From sequence record NZ_CP013725.1: 64,000 nucleotides of DNA; one strand, 5' to 3'. The DNA comes from a plasmid. Positions 9,236-19,331 of the stretch are shown piece after piece; positions within the stretch are counted from its first letter, which is position 1; each line of letters starts with the position of its first letter. A program made the translations under genes and the position numbers. The notes beneath the pieces were generated by a model. That model was not told the origin of the DNA. It ran no database searches and worked only from the letters and a program-made list of their open reading frames with translations.

Positions 9236-9940
9236 TTGACTAAACATACCCATCATGAAATTGGCGACCACGCAGCCTGTATCCGCTTGGTTCCAATATT
9301 CAATCACTTAGAGGATAGCGCGATGAATTACATTGCTGAAAAAGCCCACACGAAACAGTATCAAAAAGGAGAGTTTCTGTTTCGTTCACAAGAAAAAGAG
9401 GATACTTTATATATTATCAATCGTGGGAAAATCCGTATTTATCGATTGGCAGACTCTGGCAAAGAGCAGCTAGTGCGGATCTTGAACCCTGGTGATTTCA
9501 CCGGAGAATGGACCTTGTTCAACCCGGATGCAGTACACGAGGAATATGCCGAAGCAACCCGAGATACCGTTGTCTGTATGATTCAGCAAAAGGATGTCCA
9601 GGATTTTCTGGAACAGTACCCCGCTATTTCTCTAAAACTGCTGGCTGAAATGTCCAAGCGGTTAGAAAATTCCGAACGCCAAACCACACAAGTGGCGGTA
9701 GAGCATGTAACTACCCGTTTAATTTTATTTTTGGCAGAAAATGTGGAACCTGAAATGGGCAACTCTCCCACCATCACCCTGCCGATGGCAAAAAAGGACA
9801 TTGCTTCCTATTTAGGAACGACACCTGAGACCATCAGTCGCAAATTTGGAGAATTGGAGGACGAGGGATTGATTCAACAGCTGTCTGGGAAAAGGATCAA
9901 GATTCAGGATTTAGATGATTTATTGCTTTACAGCGAATAA
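9236..9940 (+). CDS. Crp/Fnr-family transcriptional regulator
   Basis: N-terminal cNMP-binding-like beta-roll followed by a C-terminal HTH (IASYLGTTPETISRKFGELEDEGLI). TTG start 6 nt after AAGGGGGAG. Confidence 0.8.
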   Translation: MTKHTHHEIGDHAACIRLVPIFNHLEDSAMNYIAEKAHTKQYQKGEFLFRSQEKEDTLYIINRGKIRIYRLADSGKEQLVRILNPGDFTGEWTLFNPDAVHEEYAEATRDTVVCMIQQKDVQDFLEQYPAISLKLLAEMSKRLENSERQTTQVAVEHVTTRLILFLAENVEPEMGNSPTITLPMAKKDIASYLGTTPETISRKFGELEDEGLIQQLSGKRIKIQDLDDLLLYSE

Positions 9941-9963
9941 TCGGACACACTTTTTTCTACACG

Positions 9964-10257
9964 TTGGTGTTCTGTCGCTCTTTATTAACAACGGGACAGA
10001 ACTCAGTGCTTTTGCGTCAAGGAGAAGTCGCTTTGAGTTACGTTTTGTGGTACTCAGTGGGTCGGTTCTTCATTGAAGGTATGCGAACGGACAGTTTATG
10101 GATTGGCGAGTGGATCCGCGTTTCGCAAGCCTTGTCTCTGGCCCTGTTTATTGGCGCGATTGTAGTATGGTTTATACGCAAACAAGATTATCCACCAATT
10201 TCTTATTATTCTGATGGCAATAAGGGGCAGAAAAAGACTATTAAGATGGTGAATTGA
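9964..10257 (+). pseudogene. lgt: 3' fragment of lgt (prolipoprotein diacylglyceryl transferase). Only about the last 80 residues are present
   Basis: WYSVGRFFIEGMRTDSLWIGEWIRVSQALSLALFIGAIVVWFIRK matches the conserved Lgt C-terminus (GRFFIEGLRTDSL). No N-terminal part. A stem GTTCTGTC...GACAGAAC sits at the 5' junction. Confidence 0.75.
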
Positions 10258-10325
10258 GCAAAAAGATAAAAAGAAGTACAAAACTTGATATGCGTCAATT
10301 TTCGTTTGCTAAAAGGGAGCTATAC

Positions 10326-10335
10326 TACAGTTGTA
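10326..10335. promoter_or_regulatory. CopY-type cop box TACAGTTGTA (consensus TACAnnTGTA) upstream of the HMA chaperone and ATPase operon
   Basis: Exact match to the TACAnnTGTA consensus, about 70 bp upstream of the start at 10404. Confidence 0.5.
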
Positions 10336-10403
10336 AAGAGGAAAAGGCAGTGTTCATTAATCTGCTGCCGATAAAATAAAAACACATAAAGGAGATAGGA
10401 ATT

Positions 10404-10637
10404 ATGGAAAAAGCTATATTGCAATTAGAAACGTTGTCTTGTCCAAGTTGTATGCAAAAAATTGAAGGTGCCGTAAAATCAGTTAACGGTGTTGATAAAG
10501 ACAGCATTAAAGTATTATTCAACTCCAGCAAAGTCAAAACCAATTTTGATTCAGCTGTCACTTCGATTGAAGAGATTCAAAAAGCTATCGAAAACGTAGG
10601 CTATCCGGTCCTTAAAGCAAAAGTCAAGGCCGCTTAA
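10404..10637 (+). CDS. copZ: Heavy-metal-associated (HMA) domain metallochaperone, CopZ-like
   Basis: 77 aa with LSCPSCM metal-binding motif (MxCxxC variant). RBS AAAGGAG. Confidence 0.8.
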   Translation: MEKAILQLETLSCPSCMQKIEGAVKSVNGVDKDSIKVLFNSSKVKTNFDSAVTSIEEIQKAIENVGYPVLKAKVKAA

Positions 10638-10834
10638 CAGATTAAATGAACTAGGCAATTCTGGAAGAAAAGCTATTTTTCCAGGATTGCTTTTTTTGTT
10701 GCAATCCGATTCGAGGTGCTTAGAAACGATAAAAGAGAACTTTCTAAACTTGATGTCAGTCAATTAATTACTTAGGCAATTATCTTATACTGTGTTTATC
10801 AATAAAAGAGAAATTAAATTTGGAGGGAAAAAGC

Positions 10835-12739
10835 ATGCAACAATATATATTAAGCAAGAAAAATGTTATCACCGTCATCAGTGGATTGTTAATCGTACTC
10901 GGTTTCTTCAGTCACTTTGTTTTAGAAAACGTAGGACTTTCAGAGTGGTCTTTGATCATCGCCTCTGTCTTTGGGATTACGCCAATTGCCATTCAAGCGT
11001 TTCAAGCAATGAAAGTCAAAGTCATTAGTATTGATGTCTTAGTCAGTATTGCAGCGATTGGTGCGCTTTTTATTCAAAATTATGAAGAATCGGCTATTGT
11101 CACGTTCTTATTCTTATTCGGACACTACTTGGAACAACGAACATTGAACCAAACGCGATCTGCTATCAAAGAATTGACTGAAATGGCACCCGAAAGCGCC
11201 TTGAAACAAATGGATAATGGCGAATTTGAAGAAGTAGAAGTGGATGATATAGATGAAGGGGATATCTTGCTCGTTAAAACGGGTGCGAAAGTTCCAGTAG
11301 ATGGCATAGTCCTTACGGGTGAAGGGCATATCAATGAAGCTAGCATTACAGGTGAAGCTGTTCCAGTCAACAAGCTAGCTGATGCAGAAGTTTTTGCAGG
11401 AACCATTTTAGAAAACGGAACGATTCAAATCAGAGCTGACCGAGTTGGTGAGGACACCACATTTGGAAAAATTATTGAACTCGTGGAAGAAGCACAAGAT
11501 TCTAAATCCGAAGCGGAACGGTTCATTGATCGCTTTTCTAAATACTACACACCAGCTGTCTTGGTTCTGGCAATTGTTGTATGGGCGTTCAGTCAAAATA
11601 TTGAGTTAGCAATCACCATCTTGGTTCTAGGTTGCCCAGGCGCATTAGTTATCGGAGTGCCTGTCTCAAACGTTGCCGGTATTGGGAATGGTGCTCGTAA
11701 CGGTGTTCTTTTAAAAGGGAGTGAAGTCATTCAAGACTTCAGCAATGTGGATACAATTGTATTTGATAAGACAGGTACTTTAACTGTCGGAAACCCAACC
11801 GTTGCAGCGACTGAACTGTATGAAAAAGATCCTGCTGAAACGCTTGGCTATCTGGCCAGTGTGGAACGGGAATCAGATCATCCATTAGCAAAAGCGGTCT
11901 TAAATCAAATTGGAGAAACAAACTTTTATCCTGTTGAAGGAACTGAAGTCGTGAAAGGCGGCGGAATCGTTTCAAGTGTAGCTGGACATAGAGTGGCTGT
12001 TGGGAATGTGGCCTTGATGGAAAAAGAAAATGTCACTCTCAGCAAAAAAGTGCAAAAAGATGTCAAACGGTTTGAACAACAAGGGAACTCTCTCGTTTTG
12101 ACAGCGGTCGACGGTGAATTAAAAGTACTGATGGGCATTCGCGATCAAGTCCGTCCGGGTGTGAAAGCTAATTTGCAGGAATTAAAAGACTTGGGCGTGA
12201 AAAATCTAGTCGTTCTTTCAGGAGATAACCAAGGAACCGTTGATGTGGTCGCCGGCGAACTTGGTTTGACCGAAGCTCACGGCCACATGTTGCCGGAAGA
12301 CAAATCGGCTTATATCGGAAAACTTCAACAACGTGGTCAAATTGTAGCCTTTGTTGGAGATGGCGTTAACGACAGTCCGTCCTTAGCTTTAGCAGACATT
12401 GGCATCGCAATGGGAAGCGGAACGGACGTAGCGATTGAAACATCCGATGTCGTTTTAATGAACTCGAACTTCAGCAACTTGCCTCACGCATTAGGATTAG
12501 TAAAAGCCACCGCAAATAATATGAAACAAAATATCGTGATTTCAATTGGAGTAGTGTTGGTCTTGTTGACCAGCGTCTTCTTCAGCGAATGGATGAATAT
12601 GTCTATCGGAATGTTGGTTCATGAAGGTAGTATCTTGGTGGTAATTTTCAATGGCATGAGATTAATGAAGTATAAGTTGAAAGGTCGAAAAGAACAAAAA
12701 GAAATATCAGCACCTGCAGAGAAAGTAAAAATATCTTAA
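10835..12739 (+). CDS. Heavy-metal P1B-type ATPase without an N-terminal metal-binding domain and with an atypical CPG transmembrane motif
   Basis: DKTGTLT, GDGVNDSPSL and TGEA motifs. TM6 reads VLGCPGALVIGVP (CPG rather than CPC/CPH/SPC). ATG 10835 is preceded by GGAGGG. Paralogous to the ATPase at 237-2120. Confidence 0.85.
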   Translation: MQQYILSKKNVITVISGLLIVLGFFSHFVLENVGLSEWSLIIASVFGITPIAIQAFQAMKVKVISIDVLVSIAAIGALFIQNYEESAIVTFLFLFGHYLEQRTLNQTRSAIKELTEMAPESALKQMDNGEFEEVEVDDIDEGDILLVKTGAKVPVDGIVLTGEGHINEASITGEAVPVNKLADAEVFAGTILENGTIQIRADRVGEDTTFGKIIELVEEAQDSKSEAERFIDRFSKYYTPAVLVLAIVVWAFSQNIELAITILVLGCPGALVIGVPVSNVAGIGNGARNGVLLKGSEVIQDFSNVDTIVFDKTGTLTVGNPTVAATELYEKDPAETLGYLASVERESDHPLAKAVLNQIGETNFYPVEGTEVVKGGGIVSSVAGHRVAVGNVALMEKENVTLSKKVQKDVKRFEQQGNSLVLTAVDGELKVLMGIRDQVRPGVKANLQELKDLGVKNLVVLSGDNQGTVDVVAGELGLTEAHGHMLPEDKSAYIGKLQQRGQIVAFVGDGVNDSPSLALADIGIAMGSGTDVAIETSDVVLMNSNFSNLPHALGLVKATANNMKQNIVISIGVVLVLLTSVFFSEWMNMSIGMLVHEGSILVVIFNGMRLMKYKLKGRKEQKEISAPAEKVKIS

Positions 12740-13038
12740 GAATAAATTAGAGGATGAACATAGGCACTGATTGTCCCTTATTCAAAAAATAGTTTTTTGC
12801 GTATTGGGAAAAGTCTTTAATGGGTCAGAAACTTAAAAAGTTTTTGATCCTTTTTTAATTTCTCATTTAATAGCTCTTTCAGCAACTCAATTAATTAGGT
12901 CAGAAAGTATTTCATATAGCGGTCAGCAGAGTATGCCTTAACGCCCAATTGTCTAATAAAAGTTTCAGCCAAATAGAAAATGGACGAATAAGTTGCGCAT
13001 ATAATAATTGTTTTATAGTGGGCAAAAAATACGGGTTG

Positions 13039-13100
13039 TATGATGCTACCAATAAGATACTTATTCTCATTTTTGTTGAGATACCGATAAATATCTGTTC
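13039..13100 (-). pseudogene. Degenerate remnant of a serine-resolvase gene 3' end, a direct repeat of 16422-16490
   Basis: CCAATAAGATACTTATTC..TTTTTGTTGAGATACCGATAAAT aligns with GCTAATAAGATATTTATTCGCTCTGATTTTTGTTGAGATATCGATAAAT at the 3' end of the resolvase gene at 16433-17011, with about 85% identity and one indel. Confidence 0.7.
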
Positions 13101-13121
13101 CCTGTTTTGTAATAAGATTAT

Positions 13122-14978
13122 TTAATTATTTTTTTCTATATACCATTTTTTTGATATCTTAGCACTATTACCATCTGTATTAGGTATTGCCTCACCAAAT
13201 GAAGTTAACATGGGAATTCGTATTGCTGAGCCGAAAACGAGAGCATGCCCTGTTTGTAAATAAGTCAAACGATCAATTGTGTCTCTATCAATATATGGAA
13301 CCATTCGAGATATATAATTTAAATCATCAGGATTTTGAATTCTATGAACGATAAAATTACTACATTGAGAAACTACCGTTTTTGATAAATCACTAGGTCT
13401 TTGTGTAGAAACACACATCAAAAATCCATATTTTCTACCTTCTTTTGAAATTCTTTGAAATATATCAAAATCATATGTCCCATGTGAAAGAGTATTATCT
13501 TTTATATACCTATGTGCTTCTTCAATAAATAAGTTTATAGGTTTATCTGCTTTTTTTTGATGCCCTTTTTGATAATCTAAAATTATTTTAGCTAGCACTC
13601 TTATAAGAACCTCCGCCATTGAATCATTCATAGCACTTATATCTATGTTTACAATATTACTATTGTCCAAAAACTTCTCAAAAAAAGATTCTTTATTTTT
13701 AAATTGAGTTACATTGAAAATCCTACTAAAAGATGACTCTACTAAACTTTGCATTCTAGAAACTAATGGCGCGGTGTATTCTTGTACTCTTTGACTATTC
13801 AAGCTTCCTTCATATAAAATGGCAAATTTCATAGCAGTTAAAAAATTATTAGGTGAAAAACGTACTAATTGGTCAAATTTAAATTCTTCCATTTGAGTAA
13901 AATTTACATATGATTGTAAAAAAGAGATGATTTTTTCAATATCGTCCATTTTTCCATAGGCCACATTTATACTATTTCTTAAAGTTTTTTCATCATTGAT
14001 TTTTGTGTCTAGATTAATGCTCTGAGTTTGGAAGTTTGATAATAATGAACTTACTTTATCTGCTTTAGATGGGGATGATTCAGAGCTATTTAACATAGCT
14101 ATGATAGTAGAAGCTAGTATATGGTTCTTAGCATCTTCAGAATTACTATTATCCGAAAAGAAAATTTGAACTACTTCCATTGTTTTCCTTAAAACTGGAA
14201 TTTGGGTTTTTTCTGATGCATTTAGCAAAATAGCCCAATCATCTACTGATAACAGCCAAATTGGAACTTCAAAATTATCCTCGTCTGAAAGTGGTTTAAT
14301 GAATTGGCACTTAATATCATTATTATTTTCTTCTATTATTTTAGAAAAAGATTTTTGATATTCACCATTGGAATCAATCAGGATTAATCTAGATCCAAGT
14401 GCTGAATAATTTGACTTTAAATATATATTTTGAATTATTCTTGCAATGGAGTTAGACTTACCTGCTCCAGTATTTCCAAATATAGCCGAATGGTAGCCAA
14501 AAAACTTATCTAAATCTACTTTCACATCGTATTCTGAGAATAAAACTGATTTTCCTAATGAAAATGTTGCAACTCTAGTATTACCATCAGAAACGTTAAT
14601 TTCAGAATTCTTTACATCTAACATGATATCTAATTCTTCGTTTGTAACAATGTGAACTTCAGAATAAAGTAGAGGCATTTTAGATACCCCAAAAAAGAAC
14701 TCATTATTAGTAATCTCACCTATCAATCTTAAAGAAATAACTCTACTAGCATTAGGTTTAGCTAACGGAGCACTGGAAATATGTCGAGAACTTTCGGCAG
14801 ATAATACTTCGGCTATCAGAGTTCGACCTAATTCGTAAATTGATACATATGTTCCAATCTCTCCAACAAACCTAGTTTCATCCAATGTATTTATATAATT
14901 ATCTATATTATTAAATACTTCTGCTAATACTATGGAATTTTTAATAAGGATTAGCCTTCCAATAGAACGATTATTCAT
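13122..14978 (-). CDS. herA: HerA-like (DUF87/FtsK-HerA superfamily) ATPase. Second gene of a SIR2-HerA anti-phage module
   Basis: 618 aa. Walker A FGNTGAGKSN. Walker B with EAH (INLFIEEAHRY). C-terminal VSTQRPSDL motif. RBS GGAGGAAAT. The start ATG overlaps the stop of the upstream SIR2 gene by 8 nt (ATGAATAA). Confidence 0.85.
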   Translation of the reverse strand: MNNRSIGRLILIKNSIVLAEVFNNIDNYINTLDETRFVGEIGTYVSIYELGRTLIAEVLSAESSRHISSAPLAKPNASRVISLRLIGEITNNEFFFGVSKMPLLYSEVHIVTNEELDIMLDVKNSEINVSDGNTRVATFSLGKSVLFSEYDVKVDLDKFFGYHSAIFGNTGAGKSNSIARIIQNIYLKSNYSALGSRLILIDSNGEYQKSFSKIIEENNNDIKCQFIKPLSDEDNFEVPIWLLSVDDWAILLNASEKTQIPVLRKTMEVVQIFFSDNSNSEDAKNHILASTIIAMLNSSESSPSKADKVSSLLSNFQTQSINLDTKINDEKTLRNSINVAYGKMDDIEKIISFLQSYVNFTQMEEFKFDQLVRFSPNNFLTAMKFAILYEGSLNSQRVQEYTAPLVSRMQSLVESSFSRIFNVTQFKNKESFFEKFLDNSNIVNIDISAMNDSMAEVLIRVLAKIILDYQKGHQKKADKPINLFIEEAHRYIKDNTLSHGTYDFDIFQRISKEGRKYGFLMCVSTQRPSDLSKTVVSQCSNFIVHRIQNPDDLNYISRMVPYIDRDTIDRLTYLQTGHALVFGSAIRIPMLTSFGEAIPNTDGNSAKISKKWYIEKNN

Positions 14979-16164
14979 TTATATTTCCTCCGTTTTCCCT
15001 TATTTCTGAGAAAACTTTGTTTATTTGTTCAGAAATTTTTTGTTTTTCCTGTTCTTCGCTTGGGATAGCCGGCATTAACTTCTCAACAAAATTATTAAAA
15101 TAATGAATTTTATTTTTTGAATTAATGATAGTAATTCTACTATCATCCATATTTTTAATTTTCCCTATATTGGTCTCTATTTTCTCATCAGCATTATTTT
15201 CGTATTCAGTATCGCCTAAGATGATTAGCCTAAAAGAAGGAATTGATAAATTATTTAGTATTATTCGATTGATGTGATCGTCGCCAAAGCTGTAACCTAG
15301 TGTAATTAATACACTATTCTTTTGGGTTAAATTATCTTGAAACGATCGCATTAAATCTGTATAGGGTACCATTAAGGTACTTCTATCTTTTAAAGGTGTT
15401 GGATATATCATCACATTCTCAAGAGAACTTTTATCTATTTCTTTCATGGATATTTCATATATCTTATCTTCGCTTTTTTTCCATGAAATAGATCCGTGAA
15501 TTTTATACAAATTATAAAAATGATCAACTCTGTTCCATACATCCTTATTTAAATTCATATTGTCCACATACATATATCTATACATATTTGGGTTGAATGT
15601 TCTCATATATGAACCAGTAAATCCGCTATTATAAATAAAATTCAATTCATCCAATGCACGCTCATTATACATATCATAATTTGTAGTTACTATATTAATT
15701 GGACTTTTTCTACTTGAAGAAATTGTTTTTAAATAAAGCTTTTTGTATATTTCAGATAGCTCCTTGCAATCCATGCCTTGAGTAATTTTATCTGTAATGA
15801 ATTTTTTAACAATATTAATCTTTTTATCAATTTCTTTATCAATTTCCTTAATATGATTTACTTGTCTGAGCGCATTCATGAAATCCATCAGTTCTTCAAG
15901 ATTTCGGTTAACTTTATCTTCTATACCAACACCCAATATTTCGAAATCTGGGTTTGATTTTATGAAGTCTTTAAAAAGACCAGCCATTGTAGATATAGCT
16001 GCTTCTTCATTATCGATATAAAAGCTAGAGCAACCTGCACCCATTAATATAGAAAGATTTTCCATTTGTAATGCTTGAGCAATGGTTTTTTGTACATCAC
16101 TTAGAGATTTTTTTACTTTATTAGCTCCTTGGTAGTAATTAATTTCTTCATCAATTTGATTCAA
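14971..16164 (-). CDS. SIR2-family (SIR2_2/DHS-like) NAD-binding protein, predicted NADase effector of a SIR2-HerA defense module
   Basis: GAGCS (GAGxS) Rossmann motif, TTNYD motif and catalytic-type HGS (KIHGSISW). Start chosen at TTG 16164, 6 nt after GGAGGGA. The ORF track extends to 16182. Confidence 0.85.
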   Translation of the reverse strand: MNQIDEEINYYQGANKVKKSLSDVQKTIAQALQMENLSILMGAGCSSFYIDNEEAAISTMAGLFKDFIKSNPDFEILGVGIEDKVNRNLEELMDFMNALRQVNHIKEIDKEIDKKINIVKKFITDKITQGMDCKELSEIYKKLYLKTISSSRKSPINIVTTNYDMYNERALDELNFIYNSGFTGSYMRTFNPNMYRYMYVDNMNLNKDVWNRVDHFYNLYKIHGSISWKKSEDKIYEISMKEIDKSSLENVMIYPTPLKDRSTLMVPYTDLMRSFQDNLTQKNSVLITLGYSFGDDHINRIILNNLSIPSFRLIILGDTEYENNADEKIETNIGKIKNMDDSRITIINSKNKIHYFNNFVEKLMPAIPSEEQEKQKISEQINKVFSEIRENGGNINE

Positions 16165-16432
16165 ACCTAATCCCTCCAACAACTATAAATACTTTATAAC
16201 AATTATATCATTATTAAATACATTTTTTCCTATAGTTCTTTTTTTAGTCAGGCGAATAAGTTATGTATTAGAATAGAAGGAAGTAGAAATCTATGCTCTA
16301 ATTTAGTGAAAAATTTGTGGACCCTGCTATAATGATACTCGATTAACATAGGTAGATAAACGTGAATCGAGTATTTTTTACTTGAAACGGCAAGACAAAT
16401 TTGGCTTAAGCACAACGCGGCTAATAAGATAT

Positions 16433-17011
16433 TTATTCGCTCTGATTTTTGTTGAGATATCGATAAATCGTTGTTCGCGAAACATTCCAGCGTGCAGCAA
16501 TTGTTTTAATGGGAGTTCCATTATCAATGAGGGTTCGCATTAAAGCCAGATCTTCTGCTGTTAGTTTTTCCGGCCGGCCACCAAAACGACCTCTTGCCCG
16601 AGCAGCTTCTCTTCCTGCTGCAGAACGTTCTAAAATCAAATTCCGTTCAAATTCTGCGAAAGCAGCGAACAAATGAAAGATAAGCTGGCCGGTGGAACTG
16701 GATTTATTCATCGTAATATTTTCTTGGAGACTATGAAAACTGATCCCATTATCATTTAGTTGATTGACAACACGAATAAGATCTTCCATATTCCTACCTA
16801 ATCGATCTAAACGCCAAACCACAATCGTATCTCCAGAACGACAAAAATCAATCGCAGCGTCCAATCCAGGGCGTTTACTTTTTGCGCCACTGATATGATC
16901 CTGGAAAATTTTCTCACAACCATCTTTTTCTAAACTATCGATTTGTAAATCTAAATTTTGTAAGCCAGTTGAAACTCGTGCATACCCAATTTTCAATTTC
17001 GTCACATCCAT
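16433..17011 (-). CDS. Serine recombinase/resolvase (Sin/Res/Bin type)
   Basis: N-terminal YARVSTxxQ catalytic serine motif and C-terminal HTH (RTTIYRYLNK). Confidence 0.9.
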   Translation of the reverse strand: MDVTKLKIGYARVSTGLQNLDLQIDSLEKDGCEKIFQDHISGAKSKRPGLDAAIDFCRSGDTIVVWRLDRLGRNMEDLIRVVNQLNDNGISFHSLQENITMNKSSSTGQLIFHLFAAFAEFERNLILERSAAGREAARARGRFGGRPEKLTAEDLALMRTLIDNGTPIKTIAARWNVSRTTIYRYLNKNQSE

Positions 17012-17137
17012 AAATTTATTTTTCTGTTCTTAGTGTAACATATCTTTATTTCGATAGATATAATGGACATAGATTTATTGATGGCTTATTGAACATACAA
17101 ATGGATCAAAATGAGTGTAAAAAAGATATATTAACTA

Positions 17138-17167
17138 GGTGTACAGAAAATGGTTATTTTCTGTACA
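17138..17167. promoter_or_regulatory. Perfect 12-bp-arm inverted repeat GTGTACAGAAAA-N6-TTTTCTGTACAC in the divergent resolvase/copB intergenic region. Candidate operator or res subsite
   Basis: Arms are exactly complementary. Not followed by a T-run on either strand. Confidence 0.6.
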
Positions 17168-17271
17168 CTACAAAATAAAAAAGTCAAATGGTATATACCC
17201 CTATACTGTATATGTTATACTCAAATTGTCTTATTACTATCTTTAAAAATATAAAATTAGGAGGTTTAATT

Positions 17272-19317
17272 TTGTCGAATAACAAAAAACACCAAAATCA
17301 TGAGCATCATAGTCATCAAGAACATGAAAATCACACTAGTCATGGTAATCATGAACATCACCATCATGGAAATTTTAAAAGTAAATTCTTTATTTCTTTG
17401 ATTTTTGCGATACCGATTATTATTTTATCGCCCATGATGGGAGTTAAATTACCGTTTCAAATTTCATTTACAGGGTCAGATTGGATTGTATTAATTCTTG
17501 CTACAATTTTATTCTTTTACGGAGGAAAGCCATTTTTATCAGGGGCTAAAGATGAAATTTCAACTAAAAAACCTGGAATGATGACGCTTGTTGCTCTAGG
17601 TATTTCAGTAGCTTATATTTATAGTTTATACGCCTTTTATATGAATAACTTCAGTGGTTCATCCACACATACAATGGACTTTTTCTGGGAATTAGCGACT
17701 TTAATTTTAATCATGTTATTAGGTCATTGGATTGAAATGAACGCAGTAGGTAATGCAGGCAATGCACTGAAGAAAATGGCAGAACTTTTACCTAATACTG
17801 CAGTGAAGCTGATTGATAACAATCAACGAGAAGAAGTTAAAATATCAGATATTCATATTGACGATATTGTGGAAGTCAGAGCAGGCGAAAGTATACCCAC
17901 AGACGGAATCATTGTTCAAGGAGAAACATCAATTGACGAATCATTAGTTACTGGCGAATCAAAAAAAGTTCATAAAACTCATAATGATGATGTTATTGGA
18001 GGTTCAATTAATGGTTCAGGTACAGTACAAGTTAAAGTGACTGCTACGGGTGAAAATGGCTACCTATCTCAAGTTATGGGTCTTGTTAACCAAGCTCAAA
18101 ACGATAAGTCAAAAGCTGAACTCCTCTCTGATAAAGTCGCAGGTTATTTGTTTTACTTTGCAGTAAGTATTGGCCTGATTTCATTTATTGTATGGATGCT
18201 TATTCAAAACAACGTCGATTTCGCACTTGAACGGCTAGTAACCGTATTAGTCATTGCTTGTCCACATGCATTAGGCTTGGCAATACCTTTAGTTACAGCA
18301 CGTTCTACCTCTATAGGCGCACATAATGGTTTAATCATTAAAAACAGAGAATCTGTAGAAATCGCACAACACATTGATTACATCATGATGGATAAAACTG
18401 GGACACTAACTGAAGGTAACTTTTCAGTGAATCACTATGAAAGTTTTACAGACGAGTTAAATAATGAAGAAATATTGAGTCTATTTGCTTCATTAGAAAG
18501 TAATTCTAATCATCCACTTGCCACTGGTATTGTTGATTTTGCTAAAGGCAAAAATATTTCATATGCTACTCCTCAAGAAGTTAATAATATTCCAGGTGTA
18601 GGCTTAGAAGGCACAGTTGATAATAAAAAACTCAAAATAGTGAATGTTTCTTATCTCGATAAAAGCAATTTTGATTATAATAAAGAACAATTTACGAATC
18701 TCGCTCAACAAGGGAATTCTATTAGTTATCTAATTCATGACCGACAAGTTATTGGTATTATCGCACAAGGCGATAAAATTAAAGAAAGTTCAAAACAAAT
18801 GGTTTCGGATTTATTATCGAGAAACATTACGCCAGTCATGCTTACAGGCGATAATAAAGAAGTGGCACAAACAGTGGCTGAAGAATTAGGTATTAGTGAT
18901 GTCCACGCGCAATTGATGCCCGAAGATAAAGAAAGTATTATCCAAGATTATCAAAGCAATGGTAGCAAAATCATGATGGTTGGTGATGGTATCAATGATG
19001 CGCCAAGCCTTATTAGAGCAGATATTGGTATGGCAATTGGCGCAGGGACAGATGTAGCTATTGAATCGGGGGATGTCATACTCGTTAAAAGTAATCCTTC
19101 TGATATTATCAATTTTTTGTCCCTTTCAAAAAATACGATGAAAAAAATGGTTCAAAATTTATGGTGGGGCGCAGGATATAACGTGATTGCAGTTCCTCTT
19201 GCAGCTGGTATATTAGCTTCTATTGGTTTAATATTATCACCTGCTGTGGGTGCAATACTTATGTCTTTAAGTACGATCATCGTAGCAATTAATGCATTTA
19301 CATTAAAATTAAAATAA
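17272..19317 (+). CDS. copB: Copper-translocating P1B-3-type ATPase with His-rich N-terminus, CopB-like
   Basis: His-rich tract [30 protein letters not shown] motif ([10 protein letters not shown]), DKTGTLT and [13 protein letters not shown] start 7 nt after AGGAGG. About 30% GC, as in staphylococcal DNA. Confidence 0.9.
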   Translation: MSNNKKHQNHEHHSHQEHENHTSHGNHEHHHHGNFKSKFFISLIFAIPIIILSPMMGVKLPFQISFTGSDWIVLILATILFFYGGKPFLSGAKDEISTKKPGMMTLVALGISVAYIYSLYAFYMNNFSGSSTHTMDFFWELATLILIMLLGHWIEMNAVGNAGNALKKMAELLPNTAVKLIDNNQREEVKISDIHIDDIVEVRAGESIPTDGIIVQGETSIDESLVTGESKKVHKTHNDDVIGGSINGSGTVQVKVTATGENGYLSQVMGLVNQAQNDKSKAELLSDKVAGYLFYFAVSIGLISFIVWMLIQNNVDFALERLVTVLVIACPHALGLAIPLVTARSTSIGAHNGLIIKNRESVEIAQHIDYIMMDKTGTLTEGNFSVNHYESFTDELNNEEILSLFASLESNSNHPLATGIVDFAKGKNISYATPQEVNNIPGVGLEGTVDNKKLKIVNVSYLDKSNFDYNKEQFTNLAQQGNSISYLIHDRQVIGIIAQGDKIKESSKQMVSDLLSRNITPVMLTGDNKEVAQTVAEELGISDVHAQLMPEDKESIIQDYQSNGSKIMMVGDGINDAPSLIRADIGMAIGAGTDVAIESGDVILVKSNPSDIINFLSLSKNTMKKMVQNLWWGAGYNVIAVPLAAGILASIGLILSPAVGAILMSLSTIIVAINAFTLKLK

Positions 19318-19331
19318 AAGAGGTAAATATA

